A DNA stretch of 63,993 bases, counting the filler, from a bacterium (GTDB lineage Bacteria; JALSQH01): NCBI GenBank assembly GCA_027004335.1. It is 12 parts of 12 records of this genome, joined end to end, with 100 filler letters (N's around TTAATTAATTAA, not from the genome) between each part and the next. Parts side by side here need not be neighbours in the genome. Positions count along the whole stretch, not along the records: positions 1 to 13,720 come from JALTID010000047.1; positions 13,821 to 18,489 come from JALTID010000050.1; positions 18,590 to 23,232 come from JALTID010000051.1; 9 more parts are not named here. One strand, given 5' to 3'. The notes under the pieces were generated by a model. That model did no database searches. It had not been told where the DNA came from and saw nothing but the letters and a program-made list of their open reading frames with translations. The position numbers and the translations under genes are program-made. Below, in pieces: positions 10,898-20,952 of the stretch (positions are counted from its first letter, which is position 1; each line of letters starts with the position of its first letter).

Positions 10898-12572
10898 AGG
10901 TTATGAAATAATAGAGCAGGTGGGGATTGGGACTACCTCTACTGTCTTTAAAGCAAGAGATATCCATTTAGACCGTATTGTGGCTTTAAAAGTTATTCAT
11001 CCTGAACTTGCTTCTAACAAGGAATTTTTAAAAAGATTTTATCAGGAGGCCCGTGCAATTGCTTCAGTTGATCACTCTGTGGTGGTTAAAATTTATCATA
11101 TTTCTCACGATACAAAACATCCTTTTTTTGTAGAAGAGTTTGTTGATGGAATAACTCTGGAAGAGTTGAAGAGGGAAAGATCTCCAGTTTTTCCAGAAGA
11201 AGTTGTTTTTTTTCTTTTGAAGGAGATCCTTGAAGGTTTAAAAGCAGTGCATGAAAGAGGTATTGTACACAGGGATCTTAAGCCGGAGAATATTATTATT
11301 ACTTCTGAGGGCAAGCCCAAAATCCTTGATTTTGGGCTTGCCCATCTACCCGGTGTTGAGCGGCTTACCCAACCGGGATCTCTATTAGGATCATTACCAT
11401 ATTCTTCTCCAGAACAGTTGCTTGGGAAAGAAGTATCTCCTTCTTCAGATATTTTTTCTCTGGGTGTAATTGCCTATGAACTTATCACTTCTCATCATCC
11501 TTTCTCCAGCAGTTCAGAGTTAAGTGCAATATTAAAATCAATGCTCAATAATAACCCTGTTCCACCTTCAAAGTATGTTCCATGGATCGATCCTGATTCA
11601 GAAAAAATTCTGATAAAAATGATTGAAAAATCTTCAAAGGAGAGGTATGAGAATTGTGATGGACTTATATTAGATATAGAGAAATTTCTTGATATTTCAA
11701 ATATAAACTGGAAAGAGACATTCTCTCAGTGGTTAAACAAGGATCTTATTCCGCAGAAAGTTTATAGTATGATAGCGGATGAGGTTAAAAACAGACTGAT
11801 AATTACAGTTAATCCTATTGACAGAGAGGAACTATTAAAAAGATTAGAGAAACTTGGTAAAAAGCTTTCCAATGTGGAAATAGTTTTCCTCAAGTACAGA
11901 AGGCTTTTTTTTATTGCTTTTTTTATACTTCTCTTTCTCGTTTTTATATTCTTGGCTCCCAGAGGTTTAAATTATTATGGGTCCATTGATAAAAATTTTT
12001 TCAGAGGCGTAAGTTCTTCGCTTAGTAAAAAAAAATCTTTCTCCAAAAAAAGAATCACTAAATCAACCATTTTGAAAAAAAATAGGAAATCAAAGAATAG
12101 AAATCTTCAAGCTAAAAGAGAGAATCTAAAGAAGAAAATTATTCCAGCCAGATCTGTCATTTCCCATGGTATCCTGAAGGTATTTACTTTTCCATGGGCT
12201 GAGGTATATATTGATGGTGAATATTATGGTAAGACACCTTTTCTGAGTAGGGTTAATCTTCCACCGGGAAAACACAGGATAGAATTAAGACAGCCTTATG
12301 TGAAAACTGTCACTAAGGAGGTAGATATCCAGTCAGGAAAAACAAGAGAAATTCGTGTAAGGTTGGAATTTTTACCATCCTATATTAAAATAGAATCTGT
12401 TAATGCAGAAAAAATTTTTGTTAATGGTAAGGAAATAACGGCAAAAGAGTTAAAAAATTGGCTTAAAGTCCATAAGAATGTTACCGTGGAGGTAGTTAGA
12501 GGAGATAAAAGAAAGATATGCAAGTTTTCACTTCTTCCTGGAGAAAGAAAAGTGGTTTCCTGCTCGCCGTAG
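10875..12572 (+). CDS. membrane-anchored Hanks-type Ser/Thr kinase with C-terminal PEGA-like domain
   Basis: VALK, HRDLKPEN, DFGLA, YSSPE; TM near aa 345-362; PWAEVYIDG..GKTP..PGKHRIEL. Confidence 0.9.
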   Translation: MDISYRFEGYEIIEQVGIGTTSTVFKARDIHLDRIVALKVIHPELASNKEFLKRFYQEARAIASVDHSVVVKIYHISHDTKHPFFVEEFVDGITLEELKRERSPVFPEEVVFFLLKEILEGLKAVHERGIVHRDLKPENIIITSEGKPKILDFGLAHLPGVERLTQPGSLLGSLPYSSPEQLLGKEVSPSSDIFSLGVIAYELITSHHPFSSSSELSAILKSMLNNNPVPPSKYVPWIDPDSEKILIKMIEKSSKERYENCDGLILDIEKFLDISNINWKETFSQWLNKDLIPQKVYSMIADEVKNRLIITVNPIDREELLKRLEKLGKKLSNVEIVFLKYRRLFFIAFFILLFLVFIFLAPRGLNYYGSIDKNFFRGVSSSLSKKKSFSKKRITKSTILKKNRKSKNRNLQAKRENLKKKIIPARSVISHGILKVFTFPWAEVYIDGEYYGKTPFLSRVNLPPGKHRIELRQPYVKTVTKEVDIQSGKTREIRVRLEFLPSYIKIESVNAEKIFVNGKEITAKELKNWLKVHKNVTVEVVRGDKRKICKFSLLPGERKVVSCSP

Positions 12573-13279
12573 TTTTTTTTCTAACAACAAATCTTTGGTC
12601 ATATAATTCTGAGGTGACTTCAACTGCTAAAAATAATAAATGTTCCGGCAAAGAGAATCTTGAAATGGGGATTTTCTCATATGAGCATGGTGATTATGAT
12701 AAGGCTTTGTTATTTCTGAATAAGGCGGTTAATTGTGAGAAGAGTCTGAATGTTAATTACAGGAAAAAGTTATATGTCACGCTGGGAGTAATCTGGTATA
12801 TAAAAAAGAAAATGAAGAAAAGTAAAAAATTTTTTTTAAAAGTTCTTGAGCTTGATCCAGAGTATTCCATTGATCCTCTCTTTTATCCACCTGAAATTGT
12901 GTTATTTTTTAACGAAATAAAAAATCAGAGAAGTAAGTTGCTTTCTTCAGTTGGTGTAACTTTTACTACGAAAAAAAACCCTGCTTTTTTAAATTTTGTT
13001 AAACGGGCCACGGTGGTCCTGCCCTTTGGTTTAAATTATTCCTTTACAGGTAAAAAGAAAAAGGCATGGATTTTTGGGACAATTCAAGCTTTTCTCTTAG
13101 CGGTTAATGTCAGCTTTTATTATTACAGGGTTTGTAATTTAAAGAGTTGTGGAGATAAGTATTATCCCCTTGAAAATGTATCAGAAGCAAAAGCTCTTCA
13201 GGTTATTCAGCTTACAGCAGGGTATGGGTGGCTGGGGTTATGGATCTATAATATCGTGGATGTGGTGGAGGGTAAGTGA
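12518..13279 (+). CDS. exported TPR-repeat protein
   Basis: Signal-like N-terminus; TPR-like helices (GDYDKAL..LNKA; FLKVLELDPEY); hydrophobic C-terminal segments. Confidence 0.65.
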   Translation: MQVFTSSWRKKSGFLLAVVFFLTTNLWSYNSEVTSTAKNNKCSGKENLEMGIFSYEHGDYDKALLFLNKAVNCEKSLNVNYRKKLYVTLGVIWYIKKKMKKSKKFFLKVLELDPEYSIDPLFYPPEIVLFFNEIKNQRSKLLSSVGVTFTTKKNPAFLNFVKRATVVLPFGLNYSFTGKKKKAWIFGTIQAFLLAVNVSFYYYRVCNLKSCGDKYYPLENVSEAKALQVIQLTAGYGWLGLWIYNIVDVVEGK

Positions 13280-13720
13280 TGAATACCGAGCTTCTTAATA
13301 TTATTTTTAAGTTTGTTATTGCAACACTTTTAGGCTCCTTAATAGGTCTTGAAAGACAATTTGCAGTAAGAAGATGGGGAAGGGATGTGGATCGGGGGTA
13401 TACCGGGATCAGGACTTTCAGTTTTTACGCATTATTAGGAGCTCTCGCAGAGTATATAGGTATCAAAGAGGGGATCTGGATTCTAATTATAAGTTTTACA
13501 GGGTTATTGATACTTGTGACTGCGTATTATTATTTTACCGTAACAAAAATAGGGGATAGAGGCATAACTACGGAAGTCAGTAGCCTAATCACTTTCTGGC
13601 TTGGTGCCCTTGTTATGAGAGATGAAATAATACTTGCAGTGACCCTTGCTGTTATAGTCACCTTCCTCCTCTCCATAAAACCAAGAACGGATAAGCTCAC
13701 AAAAAGGATCACTGAAGAAG
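13276..13720 (+). CDS. MgtC/SapB-family membrane protein, 3'-truncated by contig end
   Basis: LGSLIGLERQ, GIRTF, GITTEVS. Confidence 0.85.
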
Positions 13721-13820
13721 NNNNNNNNNNNNNNNNNNNNNNNNNNNNNNNNNNNNNNNNNNNNTTAATTAATTAANNNNNNNNNNNNNNNNNNNNNNNN
13801 NNNNNNNNNNNNNNNNNNNN
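13721..13820. other. artificial contig linker N44-TTAATTAATTAA-N44; also at 18490-18589, 23233-23332, 27960-28059, 32643-32742, 37305-37404, 41965-42064, 46621-46720, 51272-51371, 55910-56009, 60540-60639
   Basis: Identical 100-nt spacer with stops in all six frames; adjacent genes are truncated. Confidence 0.99.
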
Positions 13821-14445
13821 GGACGAGGTTTACGGCGAAATCGAAAAAGGAAAATTTACGGAAAGTTCACCGTTTGAGCCGAATTCGCCGTATTCCGTGA
13901 GCAAGGCCGCCGCGGACATGCTCGCGCAGGCGTATTTCAGAACATACAAACTCCCCGTCGTCATTGTCAGGGCGAGCAATAATTACGGCCCGTGGCAGTT
14001 TCCGGAAAAACTCATTCCCGTTGTAATACAGAGAGCTCTCGCCGGGGAAAAAGTTCCCGTTTACGCCAGAGGCGAAAACGTCAGGGAGTGGCTTTACGTT
14101 TCCGACTGCGCGGATGCGGTTTTTTCCGTTCTGGAAAAAGGCGATGCGGGAGAAGCGTATAACGTGGGCAGCGGCGCGGAAAAGAGAAATATAGACGTCG
14201 TGAAAAATCTGCTTAGAATCCTGGGTGTGAACGGGAAAAGCATAAAATTTGTAAAAGACAGGCCCGGCCATGATTTTAGATATTCATTAAATACAGAGAA
14301 AATCCAGAAAGAGCTTGGCTGGAAGGCTAAAACTGATTTTGAAACAGGTATAGAAAAAACAATCAAATGGTATCTTGACAATATCCAGTGGGTAAGAGAT
14401 AAGCAGAAATATCTGCAGGACTTGTGGAATAAAGTTTACAGTTAA
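13821..14445 (+). CDS. rfbB: dTDP-glucose 4,6-dehydratase, 5'-truncated
   Basis: DEVYG, PNSPYSVSKA, SNNYGPWQFPEKLIP, NVREWLYV, DRPGHDFRY. Confidence 0.93.
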
Positions 14446-14449
14446 TTTT

Positions 14450-15304
14450 TTAACCAAGACTTTTTATAAAGTCATACAATGCCTGTTCCCATGGTCGTAG
14501 ATTGGTACCTTTTTTACTTGTAAGGGGTGACCAGAGGGGACGATTAATTTTTGATGGGAACTCTTTGTGGGATACAGGTTCAATTTCACAGTCTATTCCA
14601 GCATAATTTATAATGGCTTTTGCAAAATCATACCAGGTTGCAATTCCCTGATTGGTCATATGGTATACCCCGTAGGGTAGTTTCTCTTTCTCTATAATTT
14701 CCCAAAGCTTGTTTGCCACATCCATTGTGTAGGTAGGTGACATATATACATCATTTACCACCTTCAATTTTCCCTCTTTTTTAGCCCGATCTAAAATAGA
14801 GTAAACAAAATTCCCACCTTTACCGTATGCACCTGCTTTACCATATAAACTTGCCACACGGAATATGTAGTATTTTTCTAAGTAATTTTTAACGATAAAT
14901 TCCCCAGCATATTTACTGATCCCATAGAGGTTTATTGGATTGGGTAGGTCCTCTTCTGTATAGGGCTCTTTTATTTTAATTTTTTCTCCATCAAAGACAT
15001 AATCTGTACTTATGTGGATCAGGGTGCAGTTATTTTCTCTACAGAATTCTACAATGGTTTTAACCCCAGATGCATTTACCTGAAACGCAAGAGCAGGGTT
15101 ATCCTCACAGTATCCAGTATCTGTTACAGCAGCTGTGTTTATTATAGTTGCGGGATTTAATTCTTTTAGCTTCCTCAATGTCTTCTCTTTTTTTGTTATA
15201 TCAATTTCAGGATAATTCAGAGGAAAAAGCGGTTTTCTCTCTCCTGTTAAAGCTAAATCTGTTCCCAACTGTCCATTTGCACCAATAAGGATAATATTGT
15301 TCAT
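14450..15304 (-). CDS. rfbD: dTDP-4-dehydrorhamnose reductase
   Basis: GANGQLG, ISTDYVFDG, YGISKYAGE, SPTY. Confidence 0.93.
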   Translation of the reverse strand: MNNIILIGANGQLGTDLALTGERKPLFPLNYPEIDITKKEKTLRKLKELNPATIINTAAVTDTGYCEDNPALAFQVNASGVKTIVEFCRENNCTLIHISTDYVFDGEKIKIKEPYTEEDLPNPINLYGISKYAGEFIVKNYLEKYYIFRVASLYGKAGAYGKGGNFVYSILDRAKKEGKLKVVNDVYMSPTYTMDVANKLWEIIEKEKLPYGVYHMTNQGIATWYDFAKAIINYAGIDCEIEPVSHKEFPSKINRPLWSPLTSKKGTNLRPWEQALYDFIKSLG

Positions 15305-15306
15305 AT

Positions 15307-16926
15307 TTATTCCTCCCGCTCCTGCGGAGATTTCTCCTTTTTATTAAACCATTCATCAGCTTTTATGAAAAATAATTTTACACCCGTATACATAATTCCT
15401 GTTACTACCGGTAGTGTCCACCATGCTGATGTGTAGTTTATCATATAAATTGTTGCCACTGTTAGAAAGTAAAGAAAAAGCACATCCTCTGGATATGGTA
15501 TCAGGACCTGGATATAGAGTAGATGAAATATTTCAAATATAAGAAAGAGAGCTATTATTAGTAGAATAATATCCTTTTTAGCATATAAAATAGGGAAATC
15601 AGGCAACTTAAGCAGGTAAAAAATAAAGTTAAAGAGTAAAAATATGCCTGACATAAAGAGAACTACCCCAATTTTTCTCTTGAACTTATATGTTATCCAT
15701 GATGTCCCCAGTATGATGAGGAGAAAAACGAGATCAACCTGAGTTACGAAATGCTGCAATCCAAAAACACGCCATATGATCCAGCCGTAGTATCCTCCAA
15801 TCAGCGTTAGTGCCAGAGCTTCCAGGATTACAGGTTTTGTTTTCGTTGATTTTTTCTCTTCAAGTTTTTCCAGAAAAACTCTTAGATCATTTAAGAGCTG
15901 AGGAATTCTAAAATAATCATATGCAGATAGAATAAAAATAATAAAACCTGAGGCTAAAATAAGTAGAGAAACCAGTATAAGAAGACTTTTAAGCATGCTA
16001 AAGAAGATCCCCATTAGAGCTATTATAGCACTGCTTAATAGCAGTAAGACGAGTACTTCCCTCTTTTCAAAATTTATCATCAGTAATCTGTGGTGAATAT
16101 GCAATTTGTCAGCCTGAAAGGGATTCCCTCCATTTAAAATTCTTCTGGTAAAGGCCCATGTAATATCAAGAACAGGTATAAGTATCAAACTCAGGGGAAG
16201 AAATATGGAAAAAAAGGTGTATGTTTTCCCCGATGCTGCAAGGGTTAAAGTTCCGATAATATAACCTATAAAAAGAGCACCGGTGTCTCCCATAAATTCC
16301 ATAGCTGGAGGATAGTTAAAGAGTATGAATCCAAGAATACTCCCGGCTAGTGCAATGGCAAGTATTAATATACTTTTATCAGGAACTGTAAAAATTAAAC
16401 CTCCCAGAGCAATGAGAGCTAATCCACTGGCAAGACCATCCAGTCCGTCAATAAGATTGAATGCGTTTATTACTCCAGTGATCCACAATATTCCTAACAG
16501 GTATGCTACTATTTTAGAAAAATAGGTTATTCCGATAAAAGGTAAACTTATTGTTGAAAAAGTTACTCCAGAAATTAGCTCAAAACAGGTTGCTGCGATA
16601 ATCTGGAAAAACAGTTTCCAGATGGGCCTTAGGCCTTTTAAATCATCAATAAAACCAGCAATAAAAATTATTACTCCGCCAACTACAGTGGCAATTGTAA
16701 TAGGTGAATTTATTGGAAAAATAAGAATTGTTATAATAAAAGCGGTAAAAATTGCACCTCCTCCCCATCTTGGAGTTGGATCTGAATGGATTTTCCTGAT
16801 ATTTGGTAAATCCAGGATCTTGAATTTTTTTGCTATTTCAATGGCAAATGGGTTTAAAAACATGCTTAGAAAGTAGCTCATGAGAAAAATTGCAATAAAC
16901 AATGAAAGTTCAGTGAGGTACTGCAT
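15307..16926 (-). CDS. WecA/TagO-like polyprenyl-phosphate GlcNAc-1-P transferase with extra C-terminal membrane domain
   Basis: RKIH..PTPRWGG, GFIDD, NAFNLIDGLDGLA, FMGDTG, DKLHIHHRL; likely ATG at 16926. Confidence 0.88.
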   Translation of the reverse strand: MQYLTELSLFIAIFLMSYFLSMFLNPFAIEIAKKFKILDLPNIRKIHSDPTPRWGGGAIFTAFIITILIFPINSPITIATVVGGVIIFIAGFIDDLKGLRPIWKLFFQIIAATCFELISGVTFSTISLPFIGITYFSKIVAYLLGILWITGVINAFNLIDGLDGLASGLALIALGGLIFTVPDKSILILAIALAGSILGFILFNYPPAMEFMGDTGALFIGYIIGTLTLAASGKTYTFFSIFLPLSLILIPVLDITWAFTRRILNGGNPFQADKLHIHHRLLMINFEKREVLVLLLLSSAIIALMGIFFSMLKSLLILVSLLILASGFIIFILSAYDYFRIPQLLNDLRVFLEKLEEKKSTKTKPVILEALALTLIGGYYGWIIWRVFGLQHFVTQVDLVFLLIILGTSWITYKFKRKIGVVLFMSGIFLLFNFIFYLLKLPDFPILYAKKDIILLIIALFLIFEIFHLLYIQVLIPYPEDVLFLYFLTVATIYMINYTSAWWTLPVVTGIMYTGVKLFFIKADEWFNKKEKSPQEREE

Positions 16927-16942
16927 GGATAATATTATATCA
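16927..16942 (-). promoter_or_regulatory. extended -10 (TGA-TATAAT) 7 nt upstream of the ATG; putative leaderless promoter
   Basis: Minus strand reads TGATATAAT-ATTATCC-ATG; no SD. Confidence 0.55.
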
Positions 16943-17024
16943 AAAAATCTCTTCACTACACACTTGCATAAGTGACTTTCTTGTGCTATTTTCAATAAAG
17001 AATGGAAAATCTGGAGGCATTGGT

Positions 17025-18489
17025 GTGAAATGTTTCAGGTGCTTACAGGAAGTTCCTGATGATGCTGAAGTATGTCCTTACTGCGGGCAGATTTTAAAAC
17101 CTATTTTAAAAATTGATGCAAAGAATATCCTTGATCCGGAATCTCTTCGTGAAGGAGATTTAGTAAAAGATCGCTTTGAAATCAGGGAAAAATTAGGGTC
17201 AGGTGGCATTGGGACAGTTTTCAAGGTGTATGATACAAAGTATGATATGATCTCCATTGTTAAGATGCTAAACAGGGAATTCTGTGAAGATCAGGAGATA
17301 AGAAATAAATTTTTTGAAGAACACAGTAAGGTCCTTGAAGTTGAGCATGTAAGCCTTGTTAAATATTACGAGCTCAATGAGTTTAAAGGTGTCCCCTATG
17401 TGGTTTTGCAGTATATTGAAGGTATCAATTTGAGAAGAATTATAAATGCAAAGAAGAATAAAAAGCAATTTTTTTCTGTGAATGAAATCTTCCCCATTTT
17501 TGATGGTATTGCAAAAGCATTGTCAGAGATCCATAAGTTTAGCTATCATGGGGACCTGAAACCGGAAAATGTTATGGTTACCTCTTCAGGGGTGGAAGTT
17601 ACTGATTATGTTATTAGCAAGGTGGTCCCTCCACAGGATTTTGTTTCAATTCAGTTAGGGTTGGGGGATGTTTATTACTATCTCTCACCAGAGTATATAA
17701 CTGACCCTGAGAAAATCACCTTTAAAGCTGATATTTACGCGCTGGGAGTAATAACTTATGAGATGCTCACAGGGATCATACCAAAAGCTGAACCATCTCC
17801 TCCTTCTTCAATAAATGGTGATATTTCTGAGGATATTGATAAGGTTATTCTTAAAGCTCTTGATAAAGACCCTGATAATAGATTTTGCTGTATGGAGGAA
17901 TTCCACCTTGAATTTTCAAAGGCTGCAGGGAAAGAAGGCAATATCAAAGAGCTTGCAAATGCTGTGAAAAAGAAGAAAGCTATACTTTTCCCCAAAAGGA
18001 AGGAAGCACCACTTAAGAAGGAGGAGGAAGAGAAAAAACCTACTCCTTTATTTGAAGAAGAGGAAGCTGAGGAGGAAAGAATGGGGGAGGAAAAAAAAGA
18101 AGAGGCACCTTTGAAAAAAGAATTTCTTTTTGAAAAAGGGGTTACTGAGGAAAAATCCTCTCTTGCAGAGGAGAAGGTAGCCGCTGTAAAGAAGAAATCT
18201 CCTGTTCTAATTATTGTGATTCTTCTTATTATTATTGGAGGTGCAACAGGCGCTTACTTTGTTCTGGGAAAGAGTAAAAGCTCTGCAGGGGTTGTCGCCG
18301 CCGCTAAGAAGCAAAAAAAGGTTGCCTCAACTACTCCTTCTGTCGTTAAAGTGATACAAAAAGCTGCTGAGAAAAAAATAAATTCTGCTGGAACAGGTAA
18401 GAATGTTAAAATCGCTGTTGTTGCTCCTAAAAAGGAAAAGGAGCTGAGCTCCGCTACTCTCCACAAAAAGGGTAGAAGAACCAGAGAAT
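17025..18489 (+). CDS. Ser/Thr kinase-like membrane protein with N-terminal zinc ribbon, 3'-truncated
   Basis: GTG start after GGAGG; CFRC..CPYC; GSGGIG, HGDLKPEN, DYV in place of DFG, LSPE, DIYALG; TM after an E/K-rich linker. Confidence 0.85.
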
Positions 18490-18589
18490 NNNNNNNNNNN
18501 NNNNNNNNNNNNNNNNNNNNNNNNNNNNNNNNNTTAATTAATTAANNNNNNNNNNNNNNNNNNNNNNNNNNNNNNNNNNNNNNNNNNNN

Positions 18590-19885
18590 CCCAGTATTGG
18601 CCTTCATCCCAGAGATGTGGATAAACTCATTCAGAGTTTGAAGAATCTGCGGGATCTCGGAAACACGGTAATTGTGGTTGAGCATGATGAATCCACCATA
18701 AGAAGTGCAGATTTCATTGTGGATCTGGGACCTGGAGCCGGGGAGAATGGTGGGTATGTGGTGGTTACAGGAAGTATGGAAGAAGTGGAAAAGAGTGAGA
18801 AGTCCCTTACCGGCAGGTATCTTTCCGGGAAGATGTTTATTCCGGTTCCTGAAAAAAGGAGGGAAAGGCCAAAAGGGTATGTCAGGATAAGAGGAGCAAA
18901 AACCCACAACTTAAAAAATATTGATGTGGATATACCCATGGGATTGTTTGTAGGGATCACAGGTGTTTCTGGTTCGGGGAAGAGCAGTCTGATTGTTGAC
19001 CTTCTCTATCCTGCTTTAAAAAAGATGGTTTACAGAAGAAAGAGGAACTTTTCTTCAGAGGAGGTTGAAGAGATCATAATTGATGGATTTGTAGAAAAAG
19101 TTATAAATGTGGATCAGTCCCCCATAGGAAGGACACCAAGATCAAATCCTGCCACTTATATAGGTGTTTTTGACTCCATCAGAGAGCTCTTTGCACTCCT
19201 TCCTGAGTCAAGAGCTAGGGGTTATAAGAAAGGTAGATTCAGTTTTAATGTTCCTGGAGGTAGATGTGAGGCGTGTAAGGGAGAGGGATATATAAGGATT
19301 GAGATGCACTTTCTCCCCGATATGTATGTGGTGTGTGATGAGTGTAAGGGTAAACGATACAACAGAGAGACACTTGAGGTGGAGTACAGGGGGGAAAATA
19401 TTGCGGATGTTCTTGATATGACCGTGAGCGAGGCTGTGGAGTTTTTCAAGAATCATCCAAAAATCCTGAGAAAATTAAAGTTGCTGGAGGATGTGGGACT
19501 TGATTATATTAAATTGGGTCAGCCTTCCACCACACTATCCGGAGGAGAAGCTCAGAGGATAAAACTTGGAAAGGAACTCTCAAGGAGAAACACTGGAAAC
19601 AATGTTTATATTTTGGATGAACCAACCACAGGTCTTCATTTTGACGATGTAAAGAAACTGATTAATGTGCTTCGGAGGCTTGTGGATGCGGGAAACACAG
19701 TTATTGTAATTGAGCACAATTTAGATGTTATAAAATCTGTGGACTACATCATTGATCTGGGGCCTGAAGGAGGAGAGGATGGTGGTTATGTTGTGGCAAC
19801 AGGGTCTCCTGAGGAATTGGCAGGAGATGAGAAGAGCTACACAGGTCAATTTATCAGGAAAGTTTTTAGAAGGGAAGTTGTATGA
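18590..19885 (+). CDS. uvrA: excinuclease ABC subunit A, 5'-truncated
   Basis: [48 protein letters not shown]. Confidence 0.97.
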   Translation, partial: PSIGLHPRDVDKLIQSLKNLRDLGNTVIVVEHDESTIRSADFIVDLGPGAGENGGYVVVTGSMEEVEKSEKSLTGRYLSGKMFIPVPEKRRERPKGYVRIRGAKTHNLKNIDVDIPMGLFVGITGVSGSGKSSLIVDLLYPALKKMVYRRKRNFSSEEVEEIIIDGFVEKVINVDQSPIGRTPRSNPATYIGVFDSIRELFALLPESRARGYKKGRFSFNVPGGRCEACKGEGYIRIEMHFLPDMYVVCDECKGKRYNRETLEVEYRGENIADVLDMTVSEAVEFFKNHPKILRKLKLLEDVGLDYIKLGQPSTTLSGGEAQRIKLGKELSRRNTGNNVYILDEPTTGLHFDDVKKLINVLRRLVDAGNTVIVIEHNLDVIKSVDYIIDLGPEGGEDGGYVVATGSPEELAGDEKSYTGQFIRKVFRREVV

Positions 19886-20952
19886 AGATAGAGAGGAAAA
19901 AAACAAGACAGATCAGAGTGGGGGAGGTTACCATAGGTGGTGATGCTCCTGTTAGAGTTCAATCAATGACTTCCACAGATACAAGAGATGTCAGGTCCAC
20001 CCTGGAGCAGATAAACAGATTAGCTGAAGCTAATTGTGAAATAGTAAGGGTAGCTGTCCCTGACATGGAAGCGGTTGCCGCTTTGAAGAAGATAACTGCC
20101 GAATCTTCATTGCCCATTATTGCTGATATCCATTTTCACCATAAACTTGCAATTGAGTCTATTAAAGCGGGGGCGAAGGGAATCAGAATAAATCCGGGAA
20201 ACATCGGTGGTAGAGGAAGAGTTAGAGAAGTGGTAAAAATTGCTAAAGATTATGGGATACCTATAAGAATAGGAGTTAATTCAGGCTCTGTGGAGAAAGA
20301 TCTTTTAGAAAAGTATGGTTATCCATCTCCTCAGGCGATGGTGGAAAGTGCTATCAGGCATGTCAGGATGTTAGAGGATATGGATTTTTTTGACATTAAA
20401 ATTTCCATAAAATCCAGCAGAGTTCTTGATACTGTGGAATCCAACAGATTACTTTCAAAAGAGGTGGATTATCCCCTTCATATTGGTGTAACAGAAGCTG
20501 GACCTGTACCTGAAGGGATCATCAAATCATCTGTGGGTCTCGGAATCCTCCTGTCAGAGGGAATAGGAGATACTATCAGGGTCTCTCTGACTGATGATCC
20601 TGTGAAAGAGGTTGATACTGCCTATGAAATATTGAAATCACTGGGCTTGAGAACAAGGGGTATAAATATTATCAGCTGTCCCACCTGTGGGAGGATAGAA
20701 ATAGATGTTATCTCTCTTACAAAGAAGGTGAAGGAGAGATTGAAGGACATAGATGAACCCATTACAGTTTCCATCCTGGGATGTGTGGTAAATGGTCCCG
20801 GTGAAGCTGCAGAGGCTGATGTTGCTCTGGCAGGGGGTAGGCATATGGGACTTATATATGTAAGGGGTAAGCCTTATAAAAAAGTCAAAGAGGAAGAAAT
20901 GGTAGAAGAACTTTATAAGACAGTGATTGATTATATTGAGGGGAAATTATAG
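19882..20952 (+). CDS. ispG: HMBPP synthase
   Basis: [52 protein letters not shown]. Confidence 0.97.
   Translation: MKIERKKTRQIRVGEVTIGGDAPVRVQSMTSTDTRDVRSTLEQINRLAEANCEIVRVAVPDMEAVAALKKITAESSLPIIADIHFHHKLAIESIKAGAKGIRINPGNIGGRGRVREVVKIAKDYGIPIRIGVNSGSVEKDLLEKYGYPSPQAMVESAIRHVRMLEDMDFFDIKISIKSSRVLDTVESNRLLSKEVDYPLHIGVTEAGPVPEGIIKSSVGLGILLSEGIGDTIRVSLTDDPVKEVDTAYEILKSLGLRTRGINIISCPTCGRIEIDVISLTKKVKERLKDIDEPITVSILGCVVNGPGEAAEADVALAGGRHMGLIYVRGKPYKKVKEEEMVEELYKTVIDYIEGKL

Noticed and set aside
13721..13820. TTAATTAATTAA recurring about every 4.6 kb
   Set aside because: Synthetic all-frame-stop linker within N runs; the spacing reflects length-sorted contigs, not biology
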